DNA of 64,000 nucleotides, from contig CAXFAS010000002.1 of NCBI GenBank assembly GCA_964001175.1, forward strand, positions 66,780 through 130,779, read 5' to 3'. Positions 1 to 8,297 of this stretch are shown piece by piece. Both the position numbers and the translations under genes were made by a program. Origin of the DNA: an uncultured euryarchaeote. Its GTDB lineage: Archaea; Thermoplasmatota; Poseidoniia; Poseidoniales; Poseidoniaceae. Position 1 is the first letter of the stretch. Each line of letters begins with the position of its first letter. Under the pieces are notes generated by a model. The model worked only from the letters and a program-made list of their open reading frames with translations. It did no database searches and had not been told where the DNA came from.

Positions 1-93
1 GTTGAGGAAATGCGTGAAGATTTATCAAAGGTAATCAAGGAAGTAAAAGACATAATTGCAGAAAGAGCTGCTGAGGCTGGAGGTGAAGATTAA
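1..93 (+). CDS. 3' end of an upstream CDS cut by the window edge; function not assignable (possibly the flavoprotein partner of the next gene)
   Basis: Frame 1 is open from base 1 to TAA at 91-93 (VEEMREDLSKVIKEVKDIIAERAAEAGGED*). The stop overlaps the next ATG (TAATG), implying an operon. Confidence 0.5.
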   Translation, partial: VEEMREDLSKVIKEVKDIIAERAAEAGGED

Positions 94-860
94 TGTCTCT
101 AAAAGGTAGAAAGCAAGATTTTTTGATAACTCGCGGTGAGGGAGAATCCTCGAAAATGGAAGACTATGAAATCGAACTGGATGAAGGTATGGTCGTATTA
201 GATTGCGTCCATAAAATCCAATATGAACAAGAGCCAGATTTAGCAGTCAGATGGAATTGTAAAGCCGGAAAATGTGGTTCATGTTCTGCAGAAATAAACG
301 GTAAACCACGACTGATGTGTATGACTAGAATGAGTGATGTTGTCGCTGAAACTCCCGAAGGTCAACCCATTGAAATTAGACCAATGAAGGCTTTCCCGCA
401 CATCAAAGATTTAGTCACAGATGTATCATGGAATTATGAAATGGCTCAAAAAATAAAGCCAATAAAAGGGCCTGATGAGATGAATTGGGAATTTAATCAA
501 ATGGAAGCAGATAGAGTTCAACAATTTAGAGAATGTATAGAATGTTTCCTTTGTGTAAATACTTGTCACGTGTTAAGGGACCACGCTCAATTCGAAGATT
601 TCGCCGGACCAAGAAATCTAGTCAGGCTAGCCCAATATGAGATGCATCCGCTTGATATTGAGGATAGAGTTCCTGAAATAAAGAAAGAATTCGGTGTTGA
701 GTACTGTAATATTACTAGATGCTGTACTGAAGTTTGCCCTGCCGGTATTCAAATTACCGATGATGCAATTATTCAATTGAAGGAAAGAGTAGTTGACAGA
801 TATTATGACCCGCTCCAGAGAATCTGGCGTACCTTAACAAGGAAGAAAGTACGTTATTGA
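93..860 (+). CDS. sdhB: succinate dehydrogenase / fumarate reductase iron-sulfur subunit
   Basis: Three Cys clusters typical of SdhB/FrdB: CKAGKCGSC (2Fe-2S), CIECFLCVNTC, and CNITRCCTEVCP. Confidence 0.9.
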   Translation: MSLKGRKQDFLITRGEGESSKMEDYEIELDEGMVVLDCVHKIQYEQEPDLAVRWNCKAGKCGSCSAEINGKPRLMCMTRMSDVVAETPEGQPIEIRPMKAFPHIKDLVTDVSWNYEMAQKIKPIKGPDEMNWEFNQMEADRVQQFRECIECFLCVNTCHVLRDHAQFEDFAGPRNLVRLAQYEMHPLDIEDRVPEIKKEFGVEYCNITRCCTEVCPAGIQITDDAIIQLKERVVDRYYDPLQRIWRTLTRKKVRY

Positions 861-872
861 AGGCGATAATTG

Positions 873-1280
873 ATGTATACAATTGCCTTGGTAAAACATA
901 TTCTTTCAATTATTCTTGGAATATTCTTCATCAATGTGGGTATTGGTCATTTTATTGAACCAGAATGGTTTGAACCCATAGTACCTGCAATACTTGGAGA
1001 TCCAACATTTTGGGTTTTACTAACCGGTGCAATGGAAATTGCTCTTGGAATAGGAATTATTATTCCCCAAACAAGAAAATATTCTGGCCTTCTGATGACA
1101 CTATTCTTAATTGCAGTTTATTGGGCGAATTTGAACATGTGGGTAAATGATGTCCCACTTGAAGGAAAAACATTTGCTACTATTTGGCACATTTTACGAT
1201 TATTGGCCCAGTTTGTAATGATTATAGTCGCACTATGGGTAGGTGGATGGATTTCAAGAAAAGAGCAATCATCCGAATAA
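873..1280 (+). CDS. DoxX-like small integral membrane protein
   Basis: 135 aa with about 4 TM helices. The GIGHF..P..F..IVP...G.MEIALGIGII pattern resembles the DoxX-like family. ATG at 873; an in-frame TTG lies at 870. Confidence 0.5.
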   Translation: MYTIALVKHILSIILGIFFINVGIGHFIEPEWFEPIVPAILGDPTFWVLLTGAMEIALGIGIIIPQTRKYSGLLMTLFLIAVYWANLNMWVNDVPLEGKTFATIWHILRLLAQFVMIIVALWVGGWISRKEQSSE

Positions 1281-1294
1281 AAATAAAAAAAAGC

Positions 1295-1323
1295 CCCTCC
1301 AAAGACCTTGGTCTTTGAAGAGG
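1295..1323. terminator. hairpin between convergent genes, flanked by an A8/T8 run (candidate bidirectional terminator)
   Basis: CCTC-CAAAGAC-cttg-GTCTTTG-aa-GAGG stem-loop. On the minus strand (downstream of the MC1 gene) it is followed by TTTTTTTTATTTT. Confidence 0.5.
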
Positions 1324-1375
1324 CAATTGCATTCCTCGGAACACATTCATCTATATTTTAGCCGACGGGTTGAAC

Positions 1376-1639
1376 TCAAAGGTGTTCAATTCCGCTCTTT
1401 TTGACATTGGCCTTCTTGATCTTATCAGGTAGCCAGTCAGGGCCATTTGCAGGCTTGTCGACCATAGTGATGCTTCCGGTGAAGCAGTGGACACGCTTTG
1501 TGCCGCGCTCACGTAGGCGTATGTTCGTATGTCCGCGGGTTGCAGCTTTAAGGGCCGCTCCACGGGGTTGTTTGCTTGCAAAAACCTGGCTTGTATCTTT
1601 ACCGCCCTCCATTAGGACGAAATATTTCTTATCAGACAT
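1376..1639 (-). CDS. chromatin protein MC1 (non-histone chromosomal protein)
   Basis: MSDKKYFVLMEGG..FASKQPRGAALKAATRG..IRLRERGTKRVHCF..DKPANGPDWLPDKIKKANVKK matches the MC1 family pattern (KQPRQAALKAANRG / IRLRERGTKKVHVF). GGAGGT lies 8 nt upstream of the ATG at 1639. Confidence 0.85.
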   Translation of the reverse strand: MSDKKYFVLMEGGKDTSQVFASKQPRGAALKAATRGHTNIRLRERGTKRVHCFTGSITMVDKPANGPDWLPDKIKKANVKKSGIEHL

Positions 1640-1804
1640 TTTGGATAACCTCCGGTAGTTGTCCACACTGTACAGTATTTAGTATTTGCGCCGAAAAACC
1701 CGTTTACTGCGCCACATATGGCCCGCAAGACCCCATTCGAGACAGCATTTTGTGATTAGCATTGAGCAGTAATGCGTTTATTTTTAGAAATATTTTTCTT
1801 AATT

Positions 1805-2038
1805 TTATACATCAGCACCAGCTAGAGTTTTTGTGTTAATTACTCCCTTTACCGGTCTTATAGTTTCTACAACTGTTTTAGCAATCGTGGCTAAATCATT
1901 AGCAACTAATTTTACAATCAAATCATAATCACCAAATAAAACAGTAATGTCTTCAACATTATCAAAAGTTTTCATAATTTCGTAAACTTCCATTTCTAAT
2001 CCTGGTGAAACATTTATCAAAACATAACCTACTGCCAT
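1805..2038 (-). CDS. stand-alone Lrp/AsnC-type ligand-binding (RAM) domain protein
   Basis: About 78 aa, AVGYVLINV...VEDITVLFGDYDLIVKL...TIRPVKGVINTKTL, a typical AsnC C-terminal domain. Start is ambiguous (ATGs at 2038, 2047, 2056, 2071, 2083); 2038 has GAAGGT at good spacing. Confidence 0.6.
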   Translation of the reverse strand: MAVGYVLINVSPGLEMEVYEIMKTFDNVEDITVLFGDYDLIVKLVANDLATIAKTVVETIRPVKGVINTKTLAGADV

Positions 2039-2172
2039 AGTAATCATACCTTCCATAGATAGACAGCACATGAAACCTTCCAATAAACGGGGAAGTGAAA
2101 ATTCGTAAAATCACACTTAAAATGTAGCATTTTAGCGAACTTGATAAGTAAGACGGCCTTCTATGCCCACAT

Positions 2173-2799
2173 ATGCCGGAACTTTACATGGCCAGGACAT
2201 GCAAATGGGGTATAGTAAAGGTTGTAGGCGGCGATTTATGGGAGCATGAGGGTGACGTACTAATTACTCCTGCAAACAATCGTCTATCTGGAAGAGAAGG
2301 GTTAGATGCTATGGTTCATGCTAAGGCAGGAGAAGAATTAACTCAAGTTACTAGAAATATATGTTTAGAGATGAGGAAAATCAACGCCCCTCCATGTGCA
2401 GTAACAAATAATGTTGTAACAGAACCATTCGCTTTAAAAGATAAATTCAAGCATATTTTCCATGTTGTTGGACCCGATTGCCGCAGGCCAAATCAAGACG
2501 AGTCTCGAAGAGAATTATTGCCTCAAACGTATCATAACTTATTTGATCGAATTAAAGAAATGGACGATGTTAGGAAAATAGTATCTCCTCCTATTTCTAT
2601 GGGAATATTTGGTTATCCTCACAGAGAAGGTGCTAGAATTACATTGGAAGTTCTTCTAAGTCATCTAGACGGTGAAGAAGATCCAGGATTTGATGAATTT
2701 TTGATTGTGGTTAAAGAACGTAATTTCATTAGCAACATGCGTACAGTTTATCGTGAATCAGAAGATCAACTACCTGGCATTGATACTACTAATGAATAG
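2173..2799 (+). CDS. Macro domain protein (ADP-ribose binding / O-acetyl-ADP-ribose deacetylase-like)
   Basis: VKVVGGDLWEHEGDVLITPANNRLSGREGLDAMVHAKAG ... HVVGP ... SPPISMGIFGYP are canonical macro-domain motifs. Confidence 0.8.
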   Translation: MPELYMARTCKWGIVKVVGGDLWEHEGDVLITPANNRLSGREGLDAMVHAKAGEELTQVTRNICLEMRKINAPPCAVTNNVVTEPFALKDKFKHIFHVVGPDCRRPNQDESRRELLPQTYHNLFDRIKEMDDVRKIVSPPISMGIFGYPHREGARITLEVLLSHLDGEEDPGFDEFLIVVKERNFISNMRTVYRESEDQLPGIDTTNE

Positions 2800-2807
2800 G
2801 TGAAATA

Positions 2808-3656
2808 ATGGTCGACCTTGTATCAATGGTCGTCAGTAGTTTTCCTTCAGATAGGAGAACTTATGACAGTGTATTGATGCTATCTAATAGTGCTAGAAAA
2901 GTGAAATTGGTTGCTGAAGTAGTTCCCAAAGGGGTAGACCTTTCAATTATTACCAGTCAAAATAGAGTAGTAGAATCTCTTAAAGAGAGCAACATTGATG
3001 CTACAATTATCGATGAGAATTTGAGTTCAATAGGACTTGGAGTGTTGACACAGTTACATGATTTGATTCTTCAAGCCATGGGGGAAAGTAGAATTTCTAG
3101 AGGAGAGAGAATTCTAGTAGTTTTAGCTGAACCTATCGATGGAGTATTTTCAATAGATACTACTATGCTAAACGCTAATCGTTTTGCAAATTTAGCACAG
3201 GAAGTAGGTATTGAATTAGAAGTTTTGACTAAATCTATGGAACTTGCTAGGCATATCGCTAGTCGCGGCAGAGAGGGTCATGCAGTAGGTGCGATTTTTG
3301 CAATAGGTTCTCTGCCAATTTTGCGTAAACATTCTACAGCATTGGTACTAAACCCATTTAAGGGCCATAATAGTGAAAAAAGAAGTATTATATCCAAGGA
3401 TAATCATGAAACTTTTGCTGAGTTTGCTTGGTTGGATGGCGCTATTTTCTTCAATAAAGAGGGAATTGCAAGCGATGCAGGAAGATATATCCAAGTTCCA
3501 TCCGGAATAACTACCAAGTCTGGTGAAGGTGGGAGACACCTAGCAGCAAGAGCAATTTCTCAGTTGGCTGAATGTATCTCAATTTGTGTTTCTTCGTCAG
3601 GCAGTATTACTCTTTATGTTAATGGAAGAGATCGATATAAAGTCAAAATGAGTTAA
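2808..3656 (+). CDS. dacZ: DacZ-type diadenylate cyclase (DAC/DisA_N domain, C-terminal half)
   Basis: GAIFAIG, LDGAIFF (DGA motif) and GGRHLAA (variant of GTRHRAA). GGTGA lies 4 nt upstream of the ATG, which is 8 nt after the Macro stop. Confidence 0.7.
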   Translation: MVDLVSMVVSSFPSDRRTYDSVLMLSNSARKVKLVAEVVPKGVDLSIITSQNRVVESLKESNIDATIIDENLSSIGLGVLTQLHDLILQAMGESRISRGERILVVLAEPIDGVFSIDTTMLNANRFANLAQEVGIELEVLTKSMELARHIASRGREGHAVGAIFAIGSLPILRKHSTALVLNPFKGHNSEKRSIISKDNHETFAEFAWLDGAIFFNKEGIASDAGRYIQVPSGITTKSGEGGRHLAARAISQLAECISICVSSSGSITLYVNGRDRYKVKMS

Positions 3657-4202
3657 TCACTCAGACTCGTCGTTACTCAATTCATGGGGGTTTAACCCCT
3701 TTTCAGCAGTTTCCAATCTATGTGATACTATCTGAATCTCAATTTTAGCAGAATCAAGGGAGGCCGAGTTCAGGTTTCTCTTAATACTCTCTTTATTCCT
3801 TCTGATTGAAGCGATTCTTTGACTTCTATCTTTAGGCCTCAGTATCTCTCCACGTTGTGCCATTAGCCATTCTTCTAACAATGATTGCCCCCATTCGGGT
3901 GCACGTAAGTGGGCAGCAAAGATAATTTCTGAATTTCTATGTCTAAATCTAACTTTACCTTCTTTGGTTCTGAAAACTTGAATAGACCCTGGATTCCATC
4001 TTTCTTGAGGAATATGTAAATGATTTTGACAAATTAAATCTCCAGTGCTTTCTATCATAAAATCAACAATCAAAACACTATTATTCAATCTAATAAATAC
4101 TTGAGCAAATTCATCGCTAACGACCCACTCCTCGATTATTACTGGTTGTTGCCCCCATGTCTCCTCACACCATGCAAGGATTGCGGCTTCAAATGAGACC
4201 AT
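3657..4202 (-). CDS. hypothetical protein
   Basis: 181-aa ORF with no overlapping alternative and no recognisable motif. Basic/coiled C-terminal half. Confidence 0.5.
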   Translation of the reverse strand: MVSFEAAILAWCEETWGQQPVIIEEWVVSDEFAQVFIRLNNSVLIVDFMIESTGDLICQNHLHIPQERWNPGSIQVFRTKEGKVRFRHRNSEIIFAAHLRAPEWGQSLLEEWLMAQRGEILRPKDRSQRIASIRRNKESIKRNLNSASLDSAKIEIQIVSHRLETAEKGLNPHELSNDESE

Positions 4203-4282
4203 GATTAATCCTCATATCGATACTCTTTGAAGTTTGTTAAAAATTTGTTAAGGTTGAAAGTAAAGAACCGGTTGGACTACTC

Positions 4283-5740
4283 ATGGCAGCAAGTTGGGGG
4301 GCAATCCAAATAGATTGGACTCTGATTTTTATTTTGATAATAGCTTGGTATATTTTGTTGCGAAATTGGGAGAGAAATGGAGTTTTAGATAAGTGGAATG
4401 CCACTAGAGTCTTTGGAGTAATTCTAATGGTTAGAAGTAGCAAAGGCTTGAATTTTTTAGATAAAACCGCAAAGCCTCGTAAGTTTTGGAGAATATATGG
4501 CGAAATTTCTCTATGGGTTTGCATTTTCTCTATGCTCTTTGTAGGATTGATAATGATTATCGCATTTATTTCAGCTCTATTCTCTCCTCCGACAGCAGAC
4601 CCGCCTTCCGCAAGTGAACTCGTAGCAATTCCCGGAATTAATCCGATGATACCTCTAGGTTGGGGTATCCTTGCATTTGTTATTGCTTTAGTAATTCATG
4701 AATTTGGTCATGGTTTACAAGCCAGAGCGCATGGAATGAGGATTAGGTCATTTGGTTTACTTCAATTAGGTCCTCTGCCTTTAGGCGCTTTTGCTGAACC
4801 GCAGTATGAAGAATTGATGGGTGCGCCACCTAAAGAGAGAATGCGAATGTTCGCTTCAGGTCCAGCAACCAATATTTTTGCTGCATTCATCTGTCTTTTA
4901 ATGATTGGAGGATTAGCCGGTCAATTTGTAGCTTCGAATGACGATATACATGTTAGAGGAATTATACAAGATCAAGGTGCTTATGAAGCAGGTATGAAAC
5001 CGTGGGATACCATTGAATATATCGATGGTAAAGAAATTATTGGCTTGGATAGTTTCTATGAAATCATGGACGATTATTCTGCCAACGATACTGTAGTAAT
5101 TTCAGTTTTACACCAAGATGGAACCAGAGAAAACCTCAGTACAACTTTTTCAGACAAACATGATTATTACATTGACTTAGGATGGAGTGAATCAAATCTT
5201 GACTCTCTAAATATTTCAAAGGGCGATCCTTTTTTGGGCATTGAAGGAATTTCTGAAGGAACCGCTGGAATTGATAGAATTGCAGGACCTTTATCTCCTA
5301 GGTGGGACGGAAATTTTGTTCAAAAAGCATTGGTTCTACCTTTCCATACTTTGGGCTTGATGATTATTCCTTTTGAACTTCAAGGAGTATCTATGCATCC
5401 TTTCGAAGAGTCTCTTTTGCAAGCAGATGATGATGGTTTAGCCTCAATTATAGGTAAATCAGGATTGTTATTTTTAACCAATCTTTTCTTTTGGTTAATG
5501 TGGGTAAATATTCTATTGGGGTTCACCAATTTGATTCCTATGGTACCATTTGATGGCGGACATTTGTTTAGAGATTTATTACGTGGGATTTTGAAAACTA
5601 TACGAAGGATTGGTAAAAAGTTGAAAACTTGGGATTTGAATCCGATGTGGATTGAACATATTTCTAGTAAAGCCTCTAGTATCTCATCTCTTGCTTTACT
5701 TGGTATGATATTATTCATCTTGATAATTCCATATGTATGA
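4283..5740 (+). CDS. site-2 protease family (M50) intramembrane metalloprotease with PDZ domain
   Basis: HEFGHG (HExxH) in a TM helix, NLIPMVPFDGGH (LDG-type motif), and a PDZ-like segment GMKPWDTIEYIDGKEI. Confidence 0.85.
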   Translation: MAASWGAIQIDWTLIFILIIAWYILLRNWERNGVLDKWNATRVFGVILMVRSSKGLNFLDKTAKPRKFWRIYGEISLWVCIFSMLFVGLIMIIAFISALFSPPTADPPSASELVAIPGINPMIPLGWGILAFVIALVIHEFGHGLQARAHGMRIRSFGLLQLGPLPLGAFAEPQYEELMGAPPKERMRMFASGPATNIFAAFICLLMIGGLAGQFVASNDDIHVRGIIQDQGAYEAGMKPWDTIEYIDGKEIIGLDSFYEIMDDYSANDTVVISVLHQDGTRENLSTTFSDKHDYYIDLGWSESNLDSLNISKGDPFLGIEGISEGTAGIDRIAGPLSPRWDGNFVQKALVLPFHTLGLMIIPFELQGVSMHPFEESLLQADDDGLASIIGKSGLLFLTNLFFWLMWVNILLGFTNLIPMVPFDGGHLFRDLLRGILKTIRRIGKKLKTWDLNPMWIEHISSKASSISSLALLGMILFILIIPYV

Positions 5741-6412
5741 TTAAACACTCTTTCTTCTTGCCAATTCAGCAAAGATGTCAATTTGTGAAGGGAATTTTTG
5801 GTCCACTTCAAAATTTTCTGAAGTATGTTTTGATATGATGTTCATATCTGATTTTGAACTTCTTATCTTTAATTGATTAAAATTATATTTTTCTAAACCG
5901 GCTTGAGAGCACACTAATGCAATGAAATCATTTAATTTCATTCCTTTTTCCCAGTCTAGATAGGGTTTTCCCCGGTTAGTTTTCGGCAATGGTGGAATCA
6001 AGTGAGACAATTTTCTTAATTTTCCAGACAACCCTTCAATTTCGACTCTAAAAATACGCCATGAATCTCCTCTAACCCCCTTTAATCGATAAGCATACAA
6101 CGGCATTAATTTACATCTTTCACCTTCATAAACCATTGAATCATATTGATCTCTAGTTTGTCCTGAAAGATATATTTTTGATTTTTTCCTAGACTTAACT
6201 TCAATTGGAAAACAAATATCTCCACGTAGTGCAAGTAAATCACCAGAACCATCCATCCCCGAACCTGCAGCTCTAACAACTAAAAACGGACGCTTAAGAA
6301 TCAATCTCATCTTTAATTTCTCTTTTTCATCACATGAGCGAATGACTGATTCAACCCCTTTGGGAACGCCGGCTAGTACCTGCCTCAGTTCTCGTTCATA
6401 TTGGCTACTCAC
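5741..6412 (-). CDS. hjc: Hjc-type archaeal Holliday junction resolvase with ~90-aa C-terminal extension
   Basis: YERELRQVL...VVRAAGSG...GDLLAL...IEVKS reproduces the Hjc catalytic E...D...E-x-K pattern. 223 aa against about 130-140 aa typical. Confidence 0.7.
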   Translation of the reverse strand: MSSQYERELRQVLAGVPKGVESVIRSCDEKEKLKMRLILKRPFLVVRAAGSGMDGSGDLLALRGDICFPIEVKSRKKSKIYLSGQTRDQYDSMVYEGERCKLMPLYAYRLKGVRGDSWRIFRVEIEGLSGKLRKLSHLIPPLPKTNRGKPYLDWEKGMKLNDFIALVCSQAGLEKYNFNQLKIRSSKSDMNIISKHTSENFEVDQKFPSQIDIFAELARRKSV

Positions 6413-6534
6413 GAATATACATCATTGTCAAGCGTTTTTGATTACTTCGGTCTAATATGCGACTTTATGTTGATTTAATATGCAACGCATACCTGCGACG
6501 ATAGGTTTGTTGAGCATGACGATTTAGAAGGTAT

Positions 6535-7296
6535 ATGGCCAAGTTGGCGATTAGAACATCTAATTTCCAATTATCATATAAATTAATTAGAGAATTGAGG
6601 TCTAGGAAAATCAATTTCGAGGTTTTAGATCCGTCTGAAAAATTACCTACTAAGGATGTAATTTGGTTTGCTGAAAGTCACGAAGTATTAGAACAAGAAC
6701 ATTTAGGAAAAGCAATACCGACGAATATTGATACCATTGAAGAAAGTATTGATTTAGCATTACTAGTAATGAAAGGACTTAGAAATCCTAAGCAATTGAT
6801 ATTCGGTATTGATCCAGGCCCTTATCCAGGATTAGCTTGGCTGGCTGATGGTGTTTTTATTGGAGTTTCACAACTACAGTCTATTGAAGAGATTATAGAT
6901 AAAATAGTCTCAATCTCTAATCTGATTCATTGTCAATCTTTATTGATAAGGATTGGAGATGGAGATCCTCTAATTAGAGATAGAATAATCAATCTCTGTA
7001 TAAGGAATAACTGGAATATTGAGATTGTAGATGAAAGTAAAACATCTCGAGGATTACTTAGGCATAATCATTCAATTTCAGCATTAAGAATTTCTTCAAT
7101 GAGTGGAACTAGAGTTTGGGAATTACGCGATATTGAACCTTCTTCAGGACAAATTAAAGAGATTCAAAGACAAAGTCGTAAATTTAGTAACGGACTTTTC
7201 ACAATTTCTTTTGAGCAGGCTAAAATGGTTGCTAAAGGGCATTTTTCTTTACAAGAAGTGGTAAATAAAATGAATTATTCTTCTTCTGAAGAATGA
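6535..7296 (+). CDS. RNase H-fold, YqgF/RuvX-like putative nuclease with N-terminal extra domain
   Basis: LIFGIDPGPYPGLAWL (GxDxG first strand), LLIRIGDGDP, IEIVDESKTS (DE-x-x-T/S) and HSISALRI align by eye with the E. coli YqgF motifs. Confidence 0.45.
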   Translation: MAKLAIRTSNFQLSYKLIRELRSRKINFEVLDPSEKLPTKDVIWFAESHEVLEQEHLGKAIPTNIDTIEESIDLALLVMKGLRNPKQLIFGIDPGPYPGLAWLADGVFIGVSQLQSIEEIIDKIVSISNLIHCQSLLIRIGDGDPLIRDRIINLCIRNNWNIEIVDESKTSRGLLRHNHSISALRISSMSGTRVWELRDIEPSSGQIKEIQRQSRKFSNGLFTISFEQAKMVAKGHFSLQEVVNKMNYSSSEE

Positions 7297-8288
7297 ACAT
7301 ATTTTAGCATCTCAATTTTTATCTGTTCAGATTCAGGAGATTGTTCTAAGATATTTTTCAACCCTTTTTCTAAAATCCAAGGTGAAAATAATACTAGGCC
7401 AATAACTAATCCAAGGTAAATAAAAGAGGATTGAGGGACAAAACTTGCTCCTGGCGAATCGCCTCCACTGGCCATTAATTTAACAGAACCAAGCCATGGA
7501 ATCTCTCCTCCAGCAACGCCGATGAGCCATTCCTCTCTAACAGGGCCAGCAACTCCAGATTCACTATGGACTCCAGATGAGCCATTAACAGCTAAGCCGC
7601 CTTGATCTACTGAACATTGATTATTATCTCCTAATGTTAAGATTCCTGCATGCTTTGGTTGCCAATCCCAGACAACAAGAAAAGACTCAACATTGGCGTG
7701 TGCCATTCTTTTACAATCATAATAACCGGCTTTATCTCCATTGAAATGAATAGTTATTTTTTCTTGGTCTGATACATTAGTACCAGGTACATTCCATGTA
7801 AGGACACAAGTCCCCATTTCTCCATCAAGATCTATCGAGTGAGAATCCCATGTGCCGCCACTAGGGCAGTGTGCGGAATTATTATCGTCAGCTGTTGCAT
7901 TTCTATCCGGTGTCATAGTTTGACTTACTTCCACTCTAAGAATGGCACGATGAATGATAGGAGTTCCTGAATCGCCATTCTTTTGATAAATAATCACATC
8001 ACCTTCCATACCATGCATCTCATGTCCATAAGAAGAGTCTTGCGTTGAAGTCGCTTCAGCAAATGTAATAATATTTTCAAAAGATGTATCCTTTACAAGA
8101 ATCAAGTCTCCGGCATCAATACTTCCGATCTCGCCGTCGACCTCATGAATCATTGAAGAAGACTCTACAACTACCAATGGTGGCATTATTCCTGTGTGTG
8201 CCCAGAGCCCAACTACGAGAATGAATATCATTGCTGCAGCGAGAGTAATCTCACGCAGTAGGTTACCAAAAGGTGTTGATTCGGTCAA
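7275..8288 (-). CDS. archaeal/eukaryal-type signal peptidase I (S26B, Sec11-like) with large insertion and C-terminal TM
   Basis: N-terminal TM, then VESSSM (Ser box), GDLILV, IIHRAI (His box) and LTLGDNNQCSVD (GDNN box). Confidence 0.8.
   Translation of the reverse strand: MTESTPFGNLLREITLAAAMIFILVVGLWAHTGIMPPLVVVESSSMIHEVDGEIGSIDAGDLILVKDTSFENIITFAEATSTQDSSYGHEMHGMEGDVIIYQKNGDSGTPIIHRAILRVEVSQTMTPDRNATADDNNSAHCPSGGTWDSHSIDLDGEMGTCVLTWNVPGTNVSDQEKITIHFNGDKAGYYDCKRMAHANVESFLVVWDWQPKHAGILTLGDNNQCSVDQGGLAVNGSSGVHSESGVAGPVREEWLIGVAGGEIPWLGSVKLMASGGDSPGASFVPQSSFIYLGLVIGLVLFSPWILEKGLKNILEQSPESEQIKIEMLKYVHSSEEE
7277..7294. repeat. perfect 7-bp inverted repeat (ATTCTTC-ttct-GAAGAAT) spanning the two stop codons of convergent overlapping genes
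   Basis: Read directly. The left arm starts at the last base of TTA (the minus-gene stop, 7275-7277). The right arm ends at the first base of TGA (the plus-gene stop, 7294-7296). Confidence 0.9.
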
Positions 8289-8297
8289 TCAATCACC

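Noticed and set aside
873-1280. DoxX-like membrane protein as a non-canonical membrane anchor of succinate dehydrogenase
   Set aside because: It is tempting because it follows sdhB by 9-12 nt. But the genes upstream of sdhB lie outside the window, so canonical SdhC/D could be there, and nothing in the sequence shows haem or quinone ligands.
1351-1658. ORFs 1351-1581(-) and 1401-1658(+), alternative readings of the G+C-rich islet
   Set aside because: The frame 1376-1639(-) gives a clean MC1 match. The others are by-products of locally high G+C, which leaves fewer stop codons.
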